Shown: positions 54,849 through 64,000 of the stretch, in pieces
How positions within the stretch are numbered: position 1 is the stretch's first letter
Layout of the letters: each line of letters starts with the position of its first letter
Source: Octopus vulgaris
Lineage: Eukaryota
Direction of reading: 5' to 3'
Length of the DNA: 64,000 nt
Assembly (NCBI GenBank): GCA_951406725.2
Contig: OX597824.1
Coordinates: 70,680,001 to 70,744,000 of the forward strand
Made by a program: the position numbers and the translations under genes
Notes under the pieces: model-generated
The model's database searches: none
What the model was told of the DNA's origin: nothing
Seen by the model: the letters and a program-made list of their open reading frames with translations, nothing else

Positions 54849-55082
54849 TATTCCTTTACTACCTACAAGGGGCTAAACATAGAGGGGACAAACAAGGAGA
54901 AACAAAGGGATTAAGTCGATTACATCGACCCCAGTGCGTAACTGGTACTTAATTTATCGACCCCAAAAGGATCAAAGGCAAAGTCTACCTCGGCGGAATT
55001 CGAACCCAGAACGTAACGGCAGACGAAATACGGCTACGCCTTTCGCCCGGCGTGCTAACGATTCTGCCAGCTCGCCGCCTTA
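54849..55082 (-). mobile_element. Family-B SINE nested in a family-A SINE, 15-bp TSD
   Basis: atg(c/t)cttctattata at 54834-54848 and 55083-55097. Confidence 0.85.
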
Positions 55083-55413
55083 ATGTCTTCTATTATAGTC
55101 CCGGGCCGACCAAAGACTTGTGAGCGGATTTGATAGATGAAAACTGAAAGTGGCCTGTCGTGTGTGTGTGTGTGTGTCTCCACCATCACCGTTCGGCAAC
55201 CGGTGTTAGTTTGTTTGCGTCGCCGTTATTTAGCGGCTCGGAATAAGAGACCGATAGAATAAGCCTTTAAAAAATAAGTATCGGGGTTGATGTGTTTGAC
55301 TAAACTCTTGAAGGCGGTGCCCCAGCATGGTCGCAGTCTAATGAGAGAAACAAGATAAAACAAGAGTGTGCTTGCTGATATTAATGATGATGATCGATCG
55401 ATAGTAGATATGA

Positions 55414-55477
<64 letters not shown>

Positions 55478-55839
55478 CCGGGGGCCATACAACTGACTAA
55501 ATTTCTTTGAGGCATTGCTCCAGCATGGTTGCGGTCTAATGACTGAAAAAAAGACAAGTACGCAGTACACACACACGTGTATATATATACATACATACTT
55601 GTTTTTTTTTTAAATCTGGTTTGGCAAGATTTTTTATGTGAATTCATATGTTGAAGCAAATTCTATTGTATCTGAGGAGAGTCATATCGTCTTAATTTTG
55701 ACAAGGTTGCAAAAGCAACGAAAATTTTGGAACAAAAAATATAAATAATAAATGAGTGGCAATCGAACCGAGCTTTAAAGTGTGTTAGATAATAAGGCAT
55801 TATGACAATATGACTCACCCCAGACACAACAAAATATAG

Positions 55840-56240
55840 ATAAGCCTGTGATTGTGCCAAGGAAAATCGATGTCCATTAAGAAACTTTTGTAGGAGAAAA
55901 AGTGTTATATATGGCCGTAAGGTATCATCTGAGGGACAGGATTACTACTATATTGGTTCTAAAGAAAATTATATAAAAAGAAGGATAGCGAACCATGAAA
56001 ACATTTTTAGGAGAAAAGAAGCAAGCACTAGTCTTAGTAAACTAATTTGGGCGATTAAGGATAAAAATAGGGAATATACACTTAGGTGACAAATAATTAG
56101 CCGAGCAAAATCTTATAGCATTATGAACAAAAGATGTGAATCCTGCGTAGAGGAAATTTATGAAATTCCTACATCAAAACACAAATGAATAAACAACACG
56201 AGGGAAAGAGGATTTTGTTGTGTGCATAGGGTTAAATATA
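55840..56240 (+). pseudogene. Penelope GIY-YIG endonuclease remnant
   Basis: CDCAKENRCPLRNFCRRKSVIY...YYYIGS...RRIANH...TSLSKLIWAIK...RCESCVEE...CVH. Confidence 0.8.
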
Positions 56241-56684
56241 CCTTTAATAAATTTAAATATATTGAAATGAATATAATTAAATAGACACTGTGTGAATAAT
56301 ACAATTATACATAAGAATAATTCTTAAAGTTAAATATACTTTTGTTGAATTTAAATAGTTTTAGCCAAAAACTAAACACCCTGTATAAGATACCTAGGAA
56401 TCGTGCTTCTATACTATTAATTAAATAGACGAATAATATCGGAACCCAAACTATCAATAAATATATCTAAATAAATTATACTAATAATAAGAGGGAACGG
56501 AAACTTTGTTCATAAAGTTGAATATATATTTATTGAATTTAAATAGATTTAATTAAAATAAACACTGTGTGAATGATATAATAATACCTAATATCTTAAA
56601 GTTAAATATATTTTCCTTGTATTTAAATGGTTTTAGTTAGAAATAAACGCTGTAAATTAGATACATAAGAATCGTACTTCTATA

Positions 56685-57072
56685 CTAGAGTAAAACGTCC
56701 CTCGTCCAATGGACGGTGCTGAGTTGTCAAACATTTGAACCAAATTTTCTCAAAACAACTTGTCCGACCGTCCCATTTTGTAGCATTATTTCAAGCCAGC
56801 CGGCTTTTTTGCGTAAACTGCACGTGCATTTTTCTCGCGCACGCGTAGTATCGATCGCAACAGCTGATGTACTTGCGCGTACAAATGCACGTTCCCGCGG
56901 TTTTATCGATCGCATTCTCGCCTGGAATAGATTTTTGTAATTTTTTCGAGACTTGTACACGCCCTGATACCGTCGGTATCTACATATCAAATTTGAGTGC
57001 AATCGGATGGAGGATGCCCGAGATCCTAGAAGATACACACACAGAAAGACAGAACGGATTTTATATAATAGA
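56685..57072 (-). mobile_element. Non-autonomous Helitron-like element
   Basis: Minus strand 5' TC...; 3' hairpin cgtccattggacg followed ~13 nt later by CTAG. Confidence 0.7.
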
Positions 57073-57202
57073 CATGTAAGAATCCAAACTATCGTCTAAT
57101 ATATCTAAATTAATAGTTATATTAATAATAACTAATATAACTTCTTACAGTATGAATAAAAAAATAAATAAATCAGTAAAAGTAGCAAATAAGTGCATAC
57201 GT

Positions 57203-57242
<40 letters not shown>

Positions 57243-57243
<1 letters not shown>

Positions 57244-57456
57244 GGTGGGGTGCAGAAAAGTTCCAGGGTTTAAGGGTGTCGTGAAAGGCCTGGTTGGAGA
57301 CTCAACATTCTGAGTTCTTTTACGGGTTTAGAAAAACTGAAGGACCGCCGCAATAAGTGTGTGAACCTGAGGGGAACATATTGAATAAAATCATAATTAA
57401 CTGATCTTCCTGTATTTTCCTTTACCCAAAGCCAGGAACTTTTCAGCACACCCTCG
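57243..57456. mobile_element. mariner-type MITE
   Basis: TA|..gtgcagaaaagttcc / ggaacttttcagcac..|TA. Confidence 0.75.
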
Positions 57457-57915
57457 TATTTATGTGTATTTCTTCTCTCTCGTTCATAACTTTCTCCCAC
57501 ATAACTGCATCTCACACATAACTGCATCTCACACCCATATCTTTACATGCGCTTCTATCACACCCTACATTCTTCTCTGCTACCTTTTTACTTCACGCTC
57601 GCGTCAGTTCACACTTCCTCACGTCCATGCTTTCCTCGCACATATCTTCACCCTGTATCCCTTCTAACCCATGCCATAACACTCCCCTACTTGCATACCT
57701 CTACACATGTATACACCCACACCAAAAACCACACATATACGGCATTGTCCCTTATTTCCCACCTCAAAGCAAGGATACACTCCTATATATGCACATACAC
57801 ATCCACCTCTCATTTCTTCTTCACTCTCCCCTATAGAACTACATTCCAGGCTATCCTATAATTATGCAGCTGTTTTCTTTACCTTTTCTCTTTCACAATT
57901 CCCCTTCTAAACATT

Positions 57916-57951
57916 TCTTCTGATGAAGGACAAGCACCCGAAATATTAAGA
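57916..57951 (+). ncRNA. Minimal hammerhead motif with intact core in a PLE pLTR-like segment
   Basis: TCTT CTGATGA a GG acaagcac CC GAAA tatt AAGA, preceded by a pyrimidine/CA-rich tract. Confidence 0.55.
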
Positions 57952-58263
57952 CACTCCTCCCTTCATTTTTAAACGTTAAACTAATGCAATATTTGTTAAA
58001 ACGTTTCCCACCAGTACTGTCTGTCTTCTTTTTGTTTATTGCTTTCACCATATATATATATATATAAGCAGCACGGAATTTTGTCAGTGAACAGATCGCG
58101 GTCTCAAAGCGACGAGAATATTTTGGAAAATTAAATTTAAATGTTGAAGTGAATCTAACGGTTTTTGTGTGTTTCTTAAATGGCTTATAAACACCTTCTA
58201 CGCTGCAATTACTTTCGTTCAAGCACACGATCTCAGATCAGGTCACTTGCTATGCAAGTACAC

Positions 58264-58403
<140 letters not shown>

Positions 58404-59206
58404 AACTGTAAATATTTCTCTAAATATTATAACTGTATCAAGAATATTAACCATAACACGTGCGTCATAACGTTTGGAACTGAAGCACGTATTGAACTCA
58501 CTCTCTCATACAATATTACCTCTCATAACTTCCATAAAAATGTTGGAAACTTATATCAAAAAAATTTGTCGGACCAATTTTCATTCCATCGGCCGTCGGA
58601 GCTATGGAAACTTAGTGCACTCCGACGGCATGAAAATAGATTCCACTAATTTTTTTTTCCTCAAAGAAAAACTATATCATTGTCTTGATGAAAGTTGTTC
58701 ATTGATTGAAAAGTATTGTTCAAGTTTAATAAGATCTAATATGCACTCAATTCATGAAGTGCCATCGTTGGGACCAAGGAAAATTATTAACTAGAATCCG
58801 GACATACACATATACCGCTCTGGATCCTAATGTAAGCGTTATTAATAATATTATGAATGATAATAATGATAACATTAATGATATTGACAACGATAATGAT
58901 GCTAACTTTAATGACACTTTAGAAATTATTATGAAGTAATATAATGTACTATTGACTATGTATATTTGCATCTAGGTACTAATTTGTGTATGTTTATTAT
59001 CACAATATTAAGTCGAAAAACTGAGACATTGAATGTGGAACACATATATATGTTTACCAATTTATATTATTTATTTATATCATAATGTAAATGTATATTT
59101 TTATATGTATAGGAGTGTGAGTATATGCACTCATATGTATATGTATATGTTGTATTGTGGGTATGCACCCACACCCATGTGGGTATATATGAGTTATATT
59201 ACATAA

Positions 59207-59336
59207 TCTCCGAAGAGGCCTTATGATATTTTTGTGAATGTCTCATTTATATCTATATATTGACCAACCATAAAGGGCTAATATTGGTAAAATGAGACAT
59301 ACTTATCTACATGGCCGAAACAGCTGTAAGATGTAA
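59207..59336 (+). ncRNA. Hammerhead-like motif with long stem II
   Basis: tct CCGAAGA GGCC...GGCC GAAA CAGCTG TA aga; internal atgtctcattt/aaatgagacat pairing. Confidence 0.5.
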
Positions 59337-60280
59337 TCTATACTTATATTTATATTTACTTATATTTATATTATCTTTTATATATATTCTACTTATATAA
59401 CATTATTCTTTTATGTACACTTTTTTATGTACATTCCTTTATGTACACTGATTTGTTCTGCGTTTTATATTTAACCCTACAGTCTCTTATGTGGTGATTT
59501 AATAAAGTATGTGATTGAGTATTATCTGGTAATTGATATTTGATTTAGATGTATTTCTCCATTTTCTTATCTTGTATATATATATATATGTATATATTAT
59601 TGTTCTGTTAAGGTAGTCAACAAAAGAAGTACTCCATGTAGTGAGACATAAATATCATTTAATGTACACATTATTGGAATAAGATTTACTGATGGTTTCA
59701 TGCTATGGAGACACGTTACAGGTACGTCTGAATAACCTGCTTATAAAATTTTATAAATATATATAATTCTAAGTGAAAACCTTGATGAGATTTAGATAAA
59801 AGATACATGTCGGTGTTGTTGTTGTTGTCGTCGTCGTTGTCGGTCATGGTGGTTGCGGTGGTGGTGTTGGTGGTGGTGGTACTAGAAATTAGCTCTCAAG
59901 TCTGCTCCGATTGAGCAAACCTATGACAAAGGATCGTTCCAGTTGTGAATATTAGGTTCAAGGCTGACTGTGCAGTTAAGAACGTTTCACAACCAATTGG
60001 TTTCGGTCTCACTGGGCGGCACCTTGGTGAAGTGTTTTCTGGTACAGCACCGGACGCACCAAAATCTTGTGAGGTAGATGGAAACCACGCGGAAGCCCAT
60101 CGTGTACGTGTATGTGTGGGGGGATGCGTGTGTGGTAAGTAGCTTGCTTACCAGCCACATGCTTCCGGGTTCAGTCCCACTCCGTGGAACCTTGGGCAAA
60201 TGTCTTCTACTATAGCCTCGGGCCTTGTGAGTGGATTTGGCAGACGGAAACTGAAAGAAGCCTGTCGTGTATATATATAT

Positions 60281-60384
60281 AAGCCTAGTACTTATTCTGT
60301 CGGTCTCTTTTGCTGAACCGCTAAGTTATGGGGATATAAACACACCAGCATCGGATGTCATGCGATGGTGGGGAGAAACACACA

Positions 60385-60451
<67 letters not shown>

Positions 60452-60562
60452 ATATATATATATGTTTCTCCCCACCATCGCATGACATCCGATGCTGGTG
60501 TGTTTATATCCCCATAACTTAGCGGTTCGGCAAAAGAGACCGACAGAATAAGTACTAGGCTT
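60281..60562. repeat. ~100-bp near-perfect inverted duplication of a SINE 3' half around a (CA)n/(TA)n spacer
   Basis: Arms 60281-60380 and 60463-60562. Confidence 0.9.
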
Positions 60563-60776
60563 GCAAAGAATAAGTCCCGGGGTAGATTTGTTCGACAAGA
60601 GTGGGTGATCCAGCATGGCCGCAAGTCAAATGACTGAAATGAATTTTTTAAAAAAAGAATATATATATATAGAGAGAGAGGGGGGAGGGAGAGAGAGGGG
60701 GGAGAGGGGGAGAGGGAGAGAGAGGGGGAGGGAGAGAGAGGGGGAGGGAGAGAGGGAGAGAGAGAAATAGATAGAC

Positions 60777-60854
<78 letters not shown>

Positions 60855-62441
60855 GCAGACAGACAGACAGACAGATAGATGTGGGTGGGTGTATGTGTAA
60901 ACGTGTTAACGTTTGTCTCCTCCAACCCTACAGCTTGACAACCGGTTTTGGCTTGCTGAGTTTCGACAAAAGAGACCGATAGAGTAAGTATCAGACTTAA
61001 AATTAGAGCTGGGATCGATTTGTCTCGATTAACTCTACCGTAATTCATCGGTGCCCAATTACTGAAACAAGTACAAAATTGTACCATGTCTGCTATTCAG
61101 AACCTGTGTGTAGGCTGCATTCTCCAATGCCTTTCCCGTTTCGTTGACGGTAGAGTATGATTTAAAGAAGATTTAAATGCTACATTTAGCTGATCGACCC
61201 AGAACGAGTACACAAGCACACACATTCTCTCTCTTTCTCTCTCTCTCTCTCTCTGTCTCTCTCTCATTCCTTCCTTCTCTCCCCCTCTCTCGTTGATTCA
61301 AAATAAAACGTATACCTGTTCCTGAAGACAGGAACGCTAATTATGCAGTTAATTAAGTGTGAAACAATTATTAAAGATAATTATGATACAGTCTGTTAAA
61401 TTTGAGAGTTCAAATATTTTACTTAAACTATTCCAAGACAGCCTCTGGGTAGTTCTGAACCTGCTAGAAATAGCAATCAAATCTCACACAAATTAGACCC
61501 TACCGTCTTAAAGAAAAACACATTGGACAATAAATTTCACAATTGAGAAAAAGGAAAACCTTTGATCAGAGATCAATTTGTTCAGACACCTGACCTGGAA
61601 CTAAGCCACAACAACAACAACAACAGGGGTGAATTGGCTGAATCGAAAAAGAGTCGGATAGAATGAACAGTGGCGTTTGTTCTGGTATTCAGCGCTCTGA
61701 GTTCAAATTTTGCCGAGATCAACTTAGCCTTTCACCGTTTTGGGGTCGATAATACAGAGATACCAAACCAGGATAAAAGCTATGATAAAACTGAGAGAAC
61801 GCTAGACCAAATGTCCTGCAGTACATTTTTCGGATCTTCGCGCTCTGAGTTCAATTCCCGCCAAAGCCGATTTTTTTATCTGCTACTTGTTTCAATCATT
61901 CAACTGCGGCCATGCTAGGGTGGTGCCTTGAAAGTCATACTCGAACAAATTGACCTCGATACTTATTCTATCGGCTCCTTTTCGCCAAAGCGTTATCTTA
62001 CGGGGACGTACACGAACTAACAAGCGCTGATGTGGGGACAAGCACACACACACATACACACACGACTGTGAAAGGTAAAATACACTCCTCTTACACTATT
62101 TTCATCTTTCCTCTGTTCGCCTTTCTCCCCATCCTCTCTCTCTCTCTCTACCTCGCTCTCTCCCTCTTTTCTATCTATAGCGTCTTCAGTTGCCTGACGA
62201 TCAAACAATGAGAAACTCCGAGAAACGACTTACACAGCTTCATCTATGAATAAACATTCTTCCACTTTATCAAACAGCATTCAGTAACTCCTTTCGCTCA
62301 ACTGCATTTCACACCAGAGTTATACAGTATAAAGTTATTCTGAGAACGCAACAGCTACCTACACCATCATCACAACCGCCTCGACGAAACACACAAACAC
62401 GTACATTAGTTCTGAATTTGCCAACATTGATAAGAATATGT

Positions 62442-62905
62442 GGTCTTCTGTGTATGGCCGTCTGTGTGTGGCCGTCAGTGTGTGACCGTCTGTGTGTGTG
62501 GCCGTCTGTGAGTGGCCGTCTGTGTGTGGCCGTCTGTATGTGGCCTTCTGTGTGTGGCCGTCTGTGTGTGGCCGTCTGTGTGTGGCCGTCTATGTGTGGC
62601 TGCCTGTGTGTGGCCGTCTGTGTGAGGCCGTCTATGTGTGGCCGTCTGTGTGTGGCCATATGTGCGTGACCGTCTGTGTGTGTGGCCGTCTGTGTGTGGC
62701 CGTCTATGTGTAGCTGTCCGTGTGTGGCCGCCTGTGTGTGGCCGTCTGTGTGTGGCCGTCTGTGTGTGGCCGCCTGTGTGTGGCCGTCTGTGTGTGGCCG
62801 TCTGTGTGTGGCCGCCTGTGTGTGGACGTCTGTGTGTGGCCTTCTGTGTGTGACCGTCTGTGTGTGGCCGTCTGTGTGTGGCCGTCTGTGTGTGGCCGTC
62901 TGTGT
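62442..62905. repeat. 14-bp minisatellite (ggccgtctgtgtgt), ~33 units
   Basis: Directly visible. Confidence 0.95.
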
Positions 62906-63204
62906 CTGTATGTAAAAGTGTTAGAAGGGAGAGACATGTTCAAGTTTTCAGGAGGTATGGTCATTTGCGTAAAAGACAGTGAAGCATGCAGAATCAGTTA
63001 TGTAACGTACAAATAGCTCCACTCCTTACATACAAGAAAGGTAATCAATATACAAACTCACAAACCAAATTGTACACAGCATTCAGATACTTAACTAAGA
63101 TAGTCTTTGTTCGGCATATGTGGGTGTATGTGTGTGCGTGTGTGTGTGGATGGGTGTGGGGTGCGTGTGTGTGTGTAGCTATACACATATGTATTTATGC
63201 ATAA

Positions 63205-63259
<55 letters not shown>

Positions 63260-63329
63260 GGTGTATGAACTTATATGTATATGTACATATGCATGTATGT
63301 GTATGCATTTATATTCACATATATATATG

Positions 63330-63394
<65 letters not shown>

Positions 63395-63444
63395 ACGTAT
63401 GCACACACACACCACATACACACACACATACACACACACACACA

Positions 63445-63488
<44 letters not shown>

Positions 63489-63779
63489 ATACATATATAT
63501 AACAGGAACTATGTAACCATTTTCATTGGCTTACAGCTGTCTCTGATATAAGAAGCAGTACACTCAGAGCTGAATGCTTATGCGTCGCATTATAGCTTCC
63601 CCGGAACTCTTAAAATGAACTGTAGGTTTATTTGGGAAATTATTTAAATACATGGACAAGGTCACCATCAAAACGATAAAAAAGATTGGAGAAAAAAAAT
63701 TAAGTGAAATGTTTTGTAGATATTTTCATAGTCTTTAAAGAGGTAAATATTTCCATTCCTCAGATAGTTCCTTGACCAT

Positions 63780-64000
63780 TTCTGTGAACACATTACGAAT
63801 TACCCATGTCAGCATATTCATAAACAAAAATACAAGCCAAACTTCAGCAAAAGAGAATGGGCTAAGCTGAACAGATTAAAAGAGGATAAAACAATCACAA
63901 TCAAAGAGACGGTCAAAGGGCGTGCAATAGTCTTAATGGACACGGTATATTATATAACCGTAGTACTATCTTGTGAAAGGTAGGAAATTCCAGTTTGCTG
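63780..64000 (+). pseudogene. Penelope-like ORF fragment upstream of the RT domain, runs off the window
   Basis: KREWAKLNRLKEDKTITIKETVKGRAIVLMD resembles the L.....I.IK.ADKG...V.MD PLE motif. Confidence 0.55.

Noticed and set aside
59685-59730. Another hammerhead-like string on the minus strand
   Set aside because: The CUGANGA half is not recognisable; too degenerate to support.
62309-63016. Repetitive Cys/His-rich ORFs on both strands
   Set aside because: Product of the stop-free 14-bp minisatellite.

Overview
AT-rich, microsatellite- and SINE-dense animal genomic DNA; the SINE families and repeat landscape look like an Octopus-type coleoid cephalopod (inference, not a search result). One protein-coding gene is recoverable: DLST (E2 dihydrolipoamide succinyltransferase of the 2-oxoglutarate dehydrogenase complex), + strand. 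It has nine clear coding exons from 8735 to 22069 (1193 nt, phases consistent) and one GC-AG intron. Its 5' transit-peptide exons are missing or look defective. The rest, including about 42 kb downstream, is intergenic: four or more SINE families, mariner/Tc1, hAT, piggyBac-like, Merlin-like and Helitron non-autonomous elements, LINE remnants, and several Penelope-like (PLE) RT/GIY-YIG remnants. The most unusual signal is a set of minimal hammerhead-ribozyme-like motifs. The best case is a ~520-bp palindrome (28597-29119) made of two head-to-head units, each joining a tRNA-like Pol III head to a hammerhead motif: a candidate Pol III-driven, self-cleaving, Penelope-dependent retroelement. Almost all ORFs in the supplied track are microsatellite or repeat artefacts. 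Repeat boundaries were read by eye and are approximate unless a TSD or TIR is quoted.
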